Positions 28,734-38,464 of a DNA stretch of 48,102 nucleotides are shown here, piece by piece. The notes below the pieces were generated by a model. That model worked only from the letters and a program-made list of their open reading frames with translations. It was not told where the DNA came from and did no database searches. This DNA is from an uncultured archaeon (GTDB lineage: Archaea; Asgardarchaeota; Thorarchaeia; Thorarchaeales; Thorarchaeaceae), in the NCBI GenBank assembly GCA_964610875.1, contig CAZSWP010000003.1, forward strand, positions 1 through 48,102. Reading direction: 5' to 3'. A program made the position numbers and the translations under genes. Every line of letters begins with the position of its first letter. Position 1 is the first letter of the stretch.

Positions 28734-29660
28734 TCATGAAGTGGTCATTATCCATGTTACAAGTCCAGCACTCATTATGAGACCTATGCCATATGCTAAA
28801 TCAAAGTAGAACAATAACGCAGTTGTATCAATGAGTAGAAATACTGCGGTACTCAATCCGAGAAGAATTAACACAGCTAGCACTAGTAGACCCCGCTCAG
28901 CCTTAACCAATGGTTCATCATCGATTGTGAAGACCCTCAAAGAGAGAATGAACACAGGAAATGCAAGTGGGGGAAATATCAGAAGCATGAAACAGGTTGG
29001 GAGTAACATGATACCGCTAAGTTGCATTCGAATTCCGTTGATACGATCAGCATACTTCTGAAACTCTGCTGCATACACCTTACCATGTTCTTTGTAAATA
29101 TGTGTCTGATAACCTTTCCAGAGAGAGAATTTCAATGCGCCAAAACGTTTCTTTATTGCATCGATACGGCTCTCTTCATATTCTGGATTGTATTCACTCT
29201 TGACTACTGGAATGAGATAGACCGTAAGCAGTAATGACCAGACACCATAGAGAGTAATCAGAATCTCAAGCAGAGATAATGTACCAGTTGCAAAAAAGGC
29301 ATCATAGAGCTTCCATCCAGCATAGATGATGATTACAACGAGAGGGATTGTGAGAGCCATTTTCATTCTTTGTGCTTTTGTCTTGTTTCCGCGGATAGTA
29401 TCAGAAACCTGTCTGAACACAAACCCGCCAATGGAAGCATATGTCAGAGCGATTCCAATACCACCCATGAATTTCATGACACTGCCCGATATGGTCAAGA
29501 GTGTGATAAGAGTCGTTGAGTTGAGAATCTGAGTGAGATCCCAAGCATTGACATATAGGAGTACCAGAAAAGCAATTGTGCCAATTATGAATGATAGAAT
29601 GTAGTATGTTCTGAATCTACTGTATCTTTCTTTCTTTCCTAACCCGAGGATACCGCTCAT
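28734..29660 (-). CDS. integral membrane protein of unknown function
   Basis: Start placed at MSGILG because the longer ORF overlaps tRNA-Leu; multiple TMs. Confidence 0.75.
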   Translation of the reverse strand: MSGILGLGKKERYSRFRTYYILSFIIGTIAFLVLLYVNAWDLTQILNSTTLITLLTISGSVMKFMGGIGIALTYASIGGFVFRQVSDTIRGNKTKAQRMKMALTIPLVVIIIYAGWKLYDAFFATGTLSLLEILITLYGVWSLLLTVYLIPVVKSEYNPEYEESRIDAIKKRFGALKFSLWKGYQTHIYKEHGKVYAAEFQKYADRINGIRMQLSGIMLLPTCFMLLIFPPLAFPVFILSLRVFTIDDEPLVKAERGLLVLAVLILLGLSTAVFLLIDTTALLFYFDLAYGIGLIMSAGLVTWIMTTS

Positions 29661-29816
29661 TGTATCAAATTCCAATAACTGGATAGAGCTGTAACTGATA
29701 AACACTTCGAGAAACCATTCCAGTTGGTAAGCAATATTTTGAACACGTGTTCCAATAAATATTGGATATTCCAAAATGACTATAAAGAAAATGTGATTTT
29801 TTTGTTTCCAAGTTAT

Positions 29817-29960
29817 GCCGAGATAGCCAAGCCCGGTTAAAGGCGGTGGACTCAAGATCTACAGGCTTTGCTCCGATGAGAAATCCACTCTCGTAGGAGT
29901 CCATGGGTTCACAGCGGATGACTTCCGTCCTCTGGTCTAAGAATCCCATTCTCGGCACCA
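29817..29960 (+). tRNA. tRNA-Leu(CAA) with two introns (37/38 29857-29882; T-loop about 29911-29940), CCA encoded
   Basis: GCCGAGA/TCTCGGC acceptor, GTGGA-CTCAAG|A-TCCAC, long variable arm, ATGGG-TTC|GAAT-CCCAT; BHB helix CTCA/TGAG. Confidence 0.93.
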
Positions 29961-30048
29961 TTTTATTTTCAAAATGAATTTTAGTCAGAAATGAGAGTCA
30001 GGTAAACAAGATGAAAACTAAGAAATTTATAAAATGAAAAAGAAGTAC

Positions 30049-30171
30049 TCACGTTGCCTCTAACGCGAGTATATCTTCCACTGTCAAGCCATTACCTTTG
30101 CGAGGTTTGTATGGCTGGGTCTTTGTGTTGTCTGCAGATGAGTTGTCATCTTGGATAATCATAACAACCAT
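30049..30171 (-). CDS. micropeptide 3 (37-40 aa)
   Basis: MVVMIIQDDNSSADNTKTQPYKPRKGNGLTVEDILALEAT*; followed by a T-rich tract. Confidence 0.5.
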   Translation of the reverse strand: MVVMIIQDDNSSADNTKTQPYKPRKGNGLTVEDILALEAT

Positions 30172-30177
30172 GAGAGC

Positions 30178-30270
30178 CTATCTCCTGAAGTAGACATAAG
30201 CTAGTGCTTTGGTAGAGTCAGCACGCTTGGTGATTCTACGCTGGGTCTTGTTGTCCTTAGCTAGAGCCAT
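30178..30270 (-). CDS. micropeptide 2 (30 aa)
   Basis: MALAKDNKTQRRITKRADSTKALAYVYFRR*; GAGGTGA SD 7 nt upstream. Confidence 0.65.
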   Translation of the reverse strand: MALAKDNKTQRRITKRADSTKALAYVYFRR

Positions 30271-30277
30271 GTTCTTT

Positions 30278-30385
30278 TCACCTCACAACAGTTCTGAATG
30301 CATAAGCAAGAGCATCAGTCTTCTGAGCTTTTGCAGCTTTGTTCTGTGTTCCGTGATTCCGGGTTGTGTTCTTTGCAAACGCCAT
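30278..30385 (-). CDS. micropeptide 1 (35 aa)
   Basis: MAFAKNTTRNHGTQNKAAKAQKTDALAYAFRTVVR*; similar to micropeptide 2; TATA-like box about 35 nt upstream. Confidence 0.62.
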   Translation of the reverse strand: MAFAKNTTRNHGTQNKAAKAQKTDALAYAFRTVVR

Positions 30386-30493
30386 TGTTGTTCACAATAA
30401 TTACTACTCAGAAATAGTATATAATACGAAGCCACGATATAGGGTCACAAAAATAGGTCACAAATTGTTACTAGCTAGAGTAGAAAAATGACC

Positions 30494-32209
30494 CTATTTT
30501 TTGAGTAGTGATAGCATCTTTTTGAGGGGGTGAGCATTAACGACATCTCTCTTTTCTAGCCAGCCACGCCTTGCCTGAAATACACCAAACTTAAGATTCT
30601 CAAGCTCGTAAACGTCGTGCGCATCGGTATTGATGGCAATCTTCAGACCCATTCTTTTTGCACTCCTGAGATTCCCTGCATTGAGATCAAGACGCCTTGG
30701 ATGGGCATTCAGTTCCATGATGATGTTGTTAGTTTTTGCAGTTTCAAAAACAGCCTCCAGGTCAATATCAAACTCAGGTCGTTTGAAAATCAACCGACCG
30801 GTTGGATGTCCTAATATATGGACGTGCTTGTTTTCAAGTGCATGACAGACTCGTTCGGTCATTAATTCTTTACTGTCCTTCATTCTACTATGGATTGAAA
30901 CCGTAACAACGTCCAGTTGTTCAAGAACATCATCTGTTATGTCGAGACCGCCATCACTGAGGATATCGACTTCAGCACCTTTCAGAATCTTCATCTTCCA
31001 GCGACTGGATGCATTGAGGTCGTCTATCTCATCTATCCGTCTTAACAATCGTGTTTCATCCATTCCATTAGCGATTGTCAAACTCTGGGTATGGTCTGAT
31101 ACACAATAGTATTCATAGTTCCTCTGCGCGGCAGCATCTAGCATCTCTTCAATGGTATTGCGACCATCAGACTGGTCTGTATGACTATGTAAATCACCAT
31201 GAATGTCCTTTAATGAGATTAATTTAGGTAATTCGCCCTGTTGAGCAGCTTCTATTTCTCCCTGATTCTCCCGTAGCTCTGGAGGAATAAGGGGAAGGTC
31301 TAGTTTCTCGTAGATTCCAGCCTCATCCTTTCCAGCTATTTGTTTTTCACCTTTGTACAACCCGTATTCATTGAGCTTGTAGCCCTTCTTCTGTGCTAGT
31401 TGGCGGAGTCTTACATTATGATCTACATTACCTGTGAAGTATTGCATACCAGCCCCATAGCTCTCAGAGGGAATGATTCTAAGGTCTACTTGGAGATTGT
31501 TTTCAAGACGAATAGCGGACTTTGTTGTGCCATGAGCAATGATATCAGCAACATCATCAAGATTGACAAATGTTTCCATGACTTTGGCAGGATTATCGGC
31601 ATCTACTAGGACGTCCAAATCTCGTACTGTTTCCCTACGTCTTCTATATGACCCTGTTATTTTCAGTTCCCTGACGTTCTCTAGACTGCCTATCTTCTGC
31701 TCTATCATTTCTGCAATCGGCATCACACTTGCAAGTAGGGACCGACCAATCCCTGATTTCACAAGTTGTATTCCTTCCAGTATCTGTTCTTGTGACTTCT
31801 CACCCATACCAGGAAGAGCAGATATCTTATCCTCCTCTGCTGCCTTCTCTAATGACTCTATATCAATTACTCCAAGTTTCTCATATACAAGTTTGATGGT
31901 CTTTGGACCAATACCAGGGATTGATTGGAGCTCCATAACCTTTACTGGGATTTCCAATCGTAGTTCTTCAAGTACTGTACTTGTACCATTTTCTAAATAG
32001 TCTGTGATTACTTCTGCAATGCCCTTTCCAATACCAGAGATGTCTGTGAGTGTACCTCTTTGAGAGATTGTTTCTATATCTTCTCCAAGAGAACTAATTG
32101 TACGTACTGCACGGTTGAATGCACGTATCTTGAATACATTACTACCTTTCACATCAAGGAGGAGTGCAATCTCTTTGAGAATCTCTGCTACCTCTTTATT
32201 TCTGGTCAT
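30494..32209 (-). CDS. polX: DNA polymerase X with PHP domain
   Basis: GSYRRRRETVRDLD, YFTG, LNEYGL, PPELRE, DLHSHT..SDG, INTDAH. Confidence 0.96.
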   Translation of the reverse strand: MTRNKEVAEILKEIALLLDVKGSNVFKIRAFNRAVRTISSLGEDIETISQRGTLTDISGIGKGIAEVITDYLENGTSTVLEELRLEIPVKVMELQSIPGIGPKTIKLVYEKLGVIDIESLEKAAEEDKISALPGMGEKSQEQILEGIQLVKSGIGRSLLASVMPIAEMIEQKIGSLENVRELKITGSYRRRRETVRDLDVLVDADNPAKVMETFVNLDDVADIIAHGTTKSAIRLENNLQVDLRIIPSESYGAGMQYFTGNVDHNVRLRQLAQKKGYKLNEYGLYKGEKQIAGKDEAGIYEKLDLPLIPPELRENQGEIEAAQQGELPKLISLKDIHGDLHSHTDQSDGRNTIEEMLDAAAQRNYEYYCVSDHTQSLTIANGMDETRLLRRIDEIDDLNASSRWKMKILKGAEVDILSDGGLDITDDVLEQLDVVTVSIHSRMKDSKELMTERVCHALENKHVHILGHPTGRLIFKRPEFDIDLEAVFETAKTNNIIMELNAHPRRLDLNAGNLRSAKRMGLKIAINTDAHDVYELENLKFGVFQARRGWLEKRDVVNAHPLKKMLSLLKK

Positions 32210-32220
32210 TCCAAAGCCTC

Positions 32221-33234
32221 CTACTCATCCTCGAATGGATCTATACCTCGTACAGCTTCCACAACTGATTGAATGTTCTCTTCAGGAGTGTCTTGCGTAA
32301 TGACACAACCAGGGGCAATTACAAGTTTCTTGTATCCAGCATCTTTTGCAGCCTTGAGAATTTGTTCTGCTGCTTCATCAGGGTTACCAGTTCTGAACAT
32401 CCCATTATGGTCAATAGCGCCCAATACAGTCTTCCTTGAGAGCTTCTTACCTTGTCTTAGAGTGTGTGATGAAGTTTGGTCCTCCCAGTTGATTCCACTT
32501 AGCCCGGGAGTACGAGATATTTTGTCGAAGCGGATTTGTTCGCCTTCTTCTCGTGCATGAAGATGCATCACAATGAATTTTGCTTTTCCTCGTAATTTCG
32601 AGATTAAACGTAAGTCTTGAGGGTAGATATACTTCTTATAGTGTTCATCACTAATTGCTGCATGTGTAGAATGCTGTGATGCAATAAAGAGACCATCTGC
32701 ACCTGCTTCAAGAGTAGCACGAGCAAAGTCAACCATTACATCAGTGATGAGTTCTAATGCAGACTCCATGATTTCTGGTGATTCATCTAGATACTTTGAT
32801 AGCTCCTTCCCGCATATTTTGTCTGCTACCATTGGACCATCAAAAATGGTAGCCATTGTAGGTACTCGTCCATGGGTATAGTTGTGAATTAACTCCACAG
32901 CACGTACTTGGTTGCCAAACTCACCAGTGTTGACATCTAGAGGTTCAAAGGTTTCCCAGTCACTAATTTTGGTTACAGCGGCTTCAACTAGGGTGGTTGA
33001 CCCTGTGTTTGCACCATCATATTCTGCCACACATCCGAAATCAATACATGGATAGTGACCGAAAAAGGATACCTTGAGAATATCATGGTTGAATTTCGTG
33101 TGGAATCTAATTTCCGCCCGTGAGAGTCCTTCAGGAGTACGATCATCTTCAGGATGATGTTTCCAGAGAGTTATAGGAATTCTATCTTCGATGTTGCCTA
33201 GGAAAGTCTGTTGTATGAGTTCATATTTAGACAT
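32221..33234 (-). CDS. uroporphyrinogen decarboxylase (URO-D/MtaA) family protein
   Basis: EAGADGLF, MHLH, IAPGCVI..DTPEENI. Confidence 0.85.
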   Translation of the reverse strand: MSKYELIQQTFLGNIEDRIPITLWKHHPEDDRTPEGLSRAEIRFHTKFNHDILKVSFFGHYPCIDFGCVAEYDGANTGSTTLVEAAVTKISDWETFEPLDVNTGEFGNQVRAVELIHNYTHGRVPTMATIFDGPMVADKICGKELSKYLDESPEIMESALELITDVMVDFARATLEAGADGLFIASQHSTHAAISDEHYKKYIYPQDLRLISKLRGKAKFIVMHLHAREEGEQIRFDKISRTPGLSGINWEDQTSSHTLRQGKKLSRKTVLGAIDHNGMFRTGNPDEAAEQILKAAKDAGYKKLVIAPGCVITQDTPEENIQSVVEAVRGIDPFEDE

Positions 33235-33282
33235 TGCATTCTTTGAAGACTAACAAAGAATAATGAGGCTTTCGAAGCAGCC

Positions 33283-33960
33283 TTAGTATGCAACTGTTTC
33301 AATTGCCTCTTTGGGTTTTGTCTGCTCTTTCTTATACCAAGGATTGACCAAAGCTATACTGACCATAATAATCATGATCATAGTCATTACAAACCCAAGC
33401 GATTCGAGTCCTGCATTCATAAGTGGCACTTTCAATGCCTGTGAGAAAAAGGCGAATACGAGAGCCACTACAAGCAAATCACTTCTCACTTCTTGTAGAC
33501 GTTTTGTTTTCCAAGTAATAACGAATGTGGCTGTAAGACCTAATGTGAATACCAGCATAATTGGTGATACCATAAGAATAATGGTTTCTTGGCTTATACC
33601 CAAAAGAACAGCGATAAACCAATAGGATATAATGGCCATCATAAAGCGAATATGCCATTTCTCGTATTTAGACATCCATATGTTAAGAACCATTACCATC
33701 ATCGGGAGTACGGTCAGTCCTATTGCTAAGGCTCTGATTTTGAATAATAATAAAGTCAGTTCGATTTGTAAAAGAATTGGAATTGCGAGAGTCAGCATGT
33801 CTGCAGTAAGACCAGTAAAGCACATACTGAACATAATTGGTAAATCAGTATACATCTTGACTGGTTGTGTATACCACAGCCTAAACAGATATATAGCGAC
33901 AAAAGCTGCAACCACTGCTGTCGACAGGCTCGGGATAAGGGTGGGATCAGTTAATTGCAT
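33283..33960 (-). CDS. multi-pass (about 7 TM) membrane protein
   Basis: Hydrophobic throughout; no retinal-binding Lys motif recognised. Confidence 0.75.
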   Translation of the reverse strand: MQLTDPTLIPSLSTAVVAAFVAIYLFRLWYTQPVKMYTDLPIMFSMCFTGLTADMLTLAIPILLQIELTLLLFKIRALAIGLTVLPMMVMVLNIWMSKYEKWHIRFMMAIISYWFIAVLLGISQETIILMVSPIMLVFTLGLTATFVITWKTKRLQEVRSDLLVVALVFAFFSQALKVPLMNAGLESLGFVMTMIMIIMVSIALVNPWYKKEQTKPKEAIETVAY

Positions 33961-34077
33961 TTCTATTATCCTCTGGATTCATTCATGAGATTAGTATGTT
34001 GTATGCAATTTAAACTACACAATAATGATGGTTTCTGATATGGAGAGGACCTTAAATGACTACATCTAGACTCTCAA

Positions 34078-35034
34078 GTGGACCACCAATTTAGAAAGGA
34101 GGCCATTATTATAACCGAATTAGAAACAATAACCGCACAGACAATTGATGATACAGATAAGAAAGCATTCTGGTCGAAACTAAGCCTGATTTCTTTAGGT
34201 ATTGTCATGATTGCAATTGGAGTTTTTCTTCGATACATTGATATCTTTGTCTTGAATTCAGATGTTTTTTGGACTAACATTCTTCTCTCCAAGTTGCTAT
34301 CATTGGTAATTCTTCTCTGGATATTTTGGAGATATCGTATTGGTCAATTGGATTCAGTGCTTGGTTTGAGTAGATATCAATTGAGAGGGAGTGTAATTAT
34401 TGGTATTATATTGGGACTCACTATAATAATGGTGAGCAATGTTCTATCACTTTTTGTCTACTCACTCTTCGATCCAAGTATTCCCATCGTGTTCTCGGTA
34501 TTACTTGGTCCACCCATGCTTGTTTATACCTTTGCCTTCTTCTTCATTAATGCAGTGTATGAAGAAACCTTGTTCAGAGGGCTTTTGCAGAATGGAATTC
34601 GAGAGAGATTTGGTCCATCTATTAGTATATTCCTTTCAGCTGTTATTTTTGGTTTGTGGCATATAATATGGCCAATACAGGATGCCATTGAAACAGGTAT
34701 TTTTCCATGGACTGATGCCATCGTGAAGGTTGTTTTTTCAGGTATTATGGGCGGAGTCTTTGGCATATATTACGAGAAGTTTGCAAGTAGAAAGACCCTA
34801 GTTGCAACAATCACTGCACACACCTTGATTAACTATGTCAATGAGGGGTTCAAATTCGCTTTTGATACAGCAACAGAGGGACCAGACTTGTCATTCTTGA
34901 ACCCAGTTCATATGACAATTGGCTTAATGTTAGCCTTGGGTACTTTCATCATGCTCTCAATATTCTTCTGGAAGTACAAATACGAACAAGTGATTGATAG
35001 AATGCGAGGAGCATTGCAAAGATTTCACAAATGA
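34078..35034 (+). CDS. CPBP (CAAX/Abi) intramembrane metalloprotease
   Basis: EETLFRG, FGLWH, AHTLIN. Confidence 0.92.
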   Translation: MDHQFRKEAIIITELETITAQTIDDTDKKAFWSKLSLISLGIVMIAIGVFLRYIDIFVLNSDVFWTNILLSKLLSLVILLWIFWRYRIGQLDSVLGLSRYQLRGSVIIGIILGLTIIMVSNVLSLFVYSLFDPSIPIVFSVLLGPPMLVYTFAFFFINAVYEETLFRGLLQNGIRERFGPSISIFLSAVIFGLWHIIWPIQDAIETGIFPWTDAIVKVVFSGIMGGVFGIYYEKFASRKTLVATITAHTLINYVNEGFKFAFDTATEGPDLSFLNPVHMTIGLMLALGTFIMLSIFFWKYKYEQVIDRMRGALQRFHK

Positions 35035-35140
35035 CTATATTCGAAGATACGATGGAATATGATTTCATTGTCATAGGACTATCTCTAAATAGAGATGTTT
35101 TGTCTGATACTATAGACATAGCAGAAGAGTATCTTCTGTT

Positions 35141-36352
35141 ATGATTACAAGAAGAGGTGCCATAGTGTCAGGTAGAACTGCTCTCTTTGATCCGATTGAT
35201 TTTCTTGCTATGGATGGAATTGACCATCTCCAAAGATTGAGAGCAGAACCAAATCCATTTTGGAACCGTGCACGGTTTGAAGTGACTTGGAATCTTCCAT
35301 TGCTTGCAGGTATGACCGAGAATGATGCAATTGCACTTGAGCCAATGCGTATGGCAACCAGAGATGAACTCTCACTATTCCACGACCCCTCCTATATTGA
35401 AACCTTGGAACTTTTTGGAAATAGTGGTGTTGCATTCTCTTCGAGATTTGGTTTGGATACTGATGAGTGTCCTGTGTTCGAAAATGTGCACAAATATGCT
35501 GCATTTCCAGTTGGTGCAGCAGTTGATGCAATCCTTAAAGTGGCTAGTGGAAAATACAATAGTGCCATGTCTTTCTTTGGTGGACTACATCATGCGTTTG
35601 AATCCCAAGCTGCTGGGTTCTGTTATTATAATGACTGTGTGATAGCTATCAAAAAGTATAGAGAGATGCATCCAAACAAACATGTTCTCTATCTGGACAC
35701 TGATGTCCATCATGGAGATGGAACTCAAGCCGCTTTCTATGCAGACCCCAATGTTCTGACTATTTCAATGCATGAGCATAGTATGGGATTCTTTCCTGGC
35801 ACGGGAGTACCCGAGGAAATTGGAATTGGAGAGGGAAAAGGGCATTCTGTAAATATTCCTCTTCCACCACTTACTGATGATGTTGAGTTTTGGAAAGCAT
35901 TTGAGGATGTAGTAGTACCCCTATGGACAACCTATAAACCTGATATGGTGTTTTGGGATGTAGGTGCCGATGCTCATATTGGGGACCCACTAGCTGATAT
36001 GATGCTAACATATGATACGTACCATCGCCTCTCAATGACAATACGACAACTTGTCCATCTTGGTAAAAGAAAACTGGTTGTGGTGGGAGGCGGTGGGTAC
36101 AACCCCGTAGCAGCAGCAAAAATCTGGACCATGGTACTTGCAGATATTGCAGGTGTCGCTCTGCCTGCAGTTTTGCCTATTGAATGGCTTAAACTCTGTC
36201 ACAAATATGGATTGACTATGACACGTAGTGGTTGGACTGACCGACCTACTAGAATGGCAGAAGATCATTATCCAAATGTGAGTCGTGCGGTTGATGATAC
36301 CATTTCCAAAGTGAAGAATCTTATTTTCCCAATATTCGGTCTTGAAAAATAA
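35141..36352 (+). CDS. histone deacetylase / AcuC family deacetylase
   Basis: GGLHHA, GFCYYND, DTDVHHGDG, FPGTG, GADAH.GDP, GGGGY. Confidence 0.94.
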   Translation: MITRRGAIVSGRTALFDPIDFLAMDGIDHLQRLRAEPNPFWNRARFEVTWNLPLLAGMTENDAIALEPMRMATRDELSLFHDPSYIETLELFGNSGVAFSSRFGLDTDECPVFENVHKYAAFPVGAAVDAILKVASGKYNSAMSFFGGLHHAFESQAAGFCYYNDCVIAIKKYREMHPNKHVLYLDTDVHHGDGTQAAFYADPNVLTISMHEHSMGFFPGTGVPEEIGIGEGKGHSVNIPLPPLTDDVEFWKAFEDVVVPLWTTYKPDMVFWDVGADAHIGDPLADMMLTYDTYHRLSMTIRQLVHLGKRKLVVVGGGGYNPVAAAKIWTMVLADIAGVALPAVLPIEWLKLCHKYGLTMTRSGWTDRPTRMAEDHYPNVSRAVDDTISKVKNLIFPIFGLEK

Positions 36353-36424
36353 TCGAATTTCTTCTTTCAATAGGAAATAAAAGTAAGAGGGATATTATTC
36401 ATTATCGTGTTTAGGTGATTCGAT

Positions 36425-38134
36425 TTGAAAAAACCATCCCTTCGGTACATAATTCTCTTTATCAGCTTGGTGTTGATGATGAGTGGTGTCGCTATTTCAT
36501 CTCTGGTACAGAACAATTTTGGACAGGTCATTGTAACAGAAGTTGATTTATTGGCTGCGGATGGTTCTAATATTCATAGTACTCTTCAGAAACCATACTA
36601 TGCTGATGCTGGAAATCCCTTACCTGCAGTGATTGTAATCCATGGTTCAATGCAAAGCAAAGAGTGGTTGATGGCATTTGGAATAGAACTTGCAAGACGC
36701 GGGTTCGTTGTACTTACAATAGATGTAAATGGGCATGGAAACTCAGATGATGGGACAGGTAGTGGTATTGCCGCTCTTGATTACATCACAAATCTTGATT
36801 ATGTTGATGAGAGTCAGATAGGTTTGATTGGGCACAGTATGGGAGGGGGCATTGCAATGTCAGCAATAATTAACAGTGATACACCTGTGAGAGCATTAGT
36901 ATTGGTTGGCTCAGGTGTTTCTTCCTCTATAGCAAATTCATCATACCCACAAAACTTGTTGATTGCAGTAGGCTCTTTTGATTCGCTCTCTAGGTATTCA
37001 AATAATCTATCATCACTAGAAGCCATTTTTGGTGTAACAAATATTGAACCACATGTGACCTATGGGAATTTTACCGATGGAACAGCTAGACGTATTGTAT
37101 TTGGACCTACAAATCATCTTCTGGAAACAATAGAACCAACACTTGTCAGTGAGAGTGTTGAGTGGATGAAATCTAGTTTAAAGGGCGGTATGGAAGATGA
37201 TAGATGGGTACCTGCAGACCAATTGTTATACGGATGGTGGCTTGTGGGTGGGCTCATCTCCACATTTTTCGCAGTCTTTACTATTTTCCCAGTTATTACG
37301 ATTCTTTTGGACATTCCGTTCTTCTCACAAGTGAAGAAGCAACCAATATCGGAACATGCTGCAGATAATTCTCAATTTTTAGGCTATGGTCTGCTCTATG
37401 GTCTGGTTGGTGTGATTTTATTCTATCCAATGTTAGGTGTCGGTTTATTCATTGACTTCCCACAAAACTGGGGATCTTCAGTTATGGCATGGATACTTGG
37501 CACTGGGTTAGTCTTAATCCTGTTAGCTTGGTATCTTTTAAAGACTGAGAAGGTGAAACTCGATTGGACTGAGATATGGAAGACAACTTATGATTCAAGA
37601 CGAATCAAGACGGTACTAGTCAGAACCTTCATTTTGGCATTGCTTGTCATATTTTGGCTTTATTTGTGGTCATGGATTGTTGATATCGGATTTGCACTTG
37701 ACTTACGTTGTTTCCTTCCCGGCATGAATGATTTGACTTTATCCAGAGCTCTATTTGTGCCCCTATATACAGTGTTCTTCTTTGTATACTTCTTTGCAGA
37801 TGGTCTGTGGCTCACTGGGGTATTACGAAGAAAAAATATGGGCTCTTGGATGGAAGGACAAATAAAATGGTCAGCGGAGTCAGTATTTATCAAGTGTCTA
37901 CCGTATGTCATTCTAATTGCTCTTGAATATGGAATAGGACTGTTGACAGGTATTACATTGTTTCCAGGACTAATTGGCTATAGTTTTCTATTCTTCTACG
38001 CGTTTCTACCTTGGTTTGCAGTTTCCGCAGTGATAACAGTGTGGGGATATAGATCTACGGATAATTACTATCTTGGTGCATTCATAAATGCACTATTGTG
38101 TGCATGGTTACTAGCAACAATACTCTCGTTCTAG
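36425..38134 (+). CDS. membrane-anchored alpha/beta hydrolase
   Basis: IHG oxyanion motif, GHSMGG nucleophile elbow, multi-TM C-terminal half. Confidence 0.9.
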   Translation: MKKPSLRYIILFISLVLMMSGVAISSLVQNNFGQVIVTEVDLLAADGSNIHSTLQKPYYADAGNPLPAVIVIHGSMQSKEWLMAFGIELARRGFVVLTIDVNGHGNSDDGTGSGIAALDYITNLDYVDESQIGLIGHSMGGGIAMSAIINSDTPVRALVLVGSGVSSSIANSSYPQNLLIAVGSFDSLSRYSNNLSSLEAIFGVTNIEPHVTYGNFTDGTARRIVFGPTNHLLETIEPTLVSESVEWMKSSLKGGMEDDRWVPADQLLYGWWLVGGLISTFFAVFTIFPVITILLDIPFFSQVKKQPISEHAADNSQFLGYGLLYGLVGVILFYPMLGVGLFIDFPQNWGSSVMAWILGTGLVLILLAWYLLKTEKVKLDWTEIWKTTYDSRRIKTVLVRTFILALLVIFWLYLWSWIVDIGFALDLRCFLPGMNDLTLSRALFVPLYTVFFFVYFFADGLWLTGVLRRKNMGSWMEGQIKWSAESVFIKCLPYVILIALEYGIGLLTGITLFPGLIGYSFLFFYAFLPWFAVSAVITVWGYRSTDNYYLGAFINALLCAWLLATILSF

Positions 38135-38164
38135 TTGAAATCATGTTCCATGAATGAAAGTTTC

Positions 38165-38452
38165 TTACGGAGACCGCATGACGTAGAGAGAGTCACCGGG
38201 TTTCACGGTTATGGCTTGTTCGGGACAGACTTCAACACACGCCATGCATCCTGTACACATAGATGGCCATACTGCGGTAATCATCCATCTTTCAGGGTTA
38301 TAGGGATCTTTGTGCTCTTCTAATGTTGGATGCATTAGAAATACGGCAGGGTCACAAATATTGAGACACTTTCTGCACTCACGAGGATCTACTTTTACAT
38401 CTTCTTCATACCCACAAATGGAATAATCAATCGTGATTTTTGTCTTGGCCAA
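38165..38452 (-). CDS. 4Fe-4S ferredoxin
   Basis: CRKCLNIC and CTGCMACVEVCP. Confidence 0.9.
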   Translation of the reverse strand: MAKTKITIDYSICGYEEDVKVDPRECRKCLNICDPAVFLMHPTLEEHKDPYNPERWMITAVWPSMCTGCMACVEVCPEQAITVKPGDSLYVMRSP

Positions 38453-38464
38453 CTCATGATCCTC

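Noticed and set aside
29661-29961. ORF 29665-29961 and the 5' extension of ORF 28734-29855
   Set aside because: They overlap tRNA-Leu and its promoter region; shadow frames.
30178-30180. TAG between micropeptides 2 and 3 is in frame, suggesting amber/pyrrolysine readthrough
   Set aside because: TAG is an ordinary stop for many genes here (rpl15e, ychF), no pyl genes are visible, and peptide 3 has its own ATG.
33283-33960. About 7-TM protein as a rhodopsin or GPCR-like receptor
   Set aside because: No Schiff-base Lys motif or other diagnostic signature recognised.
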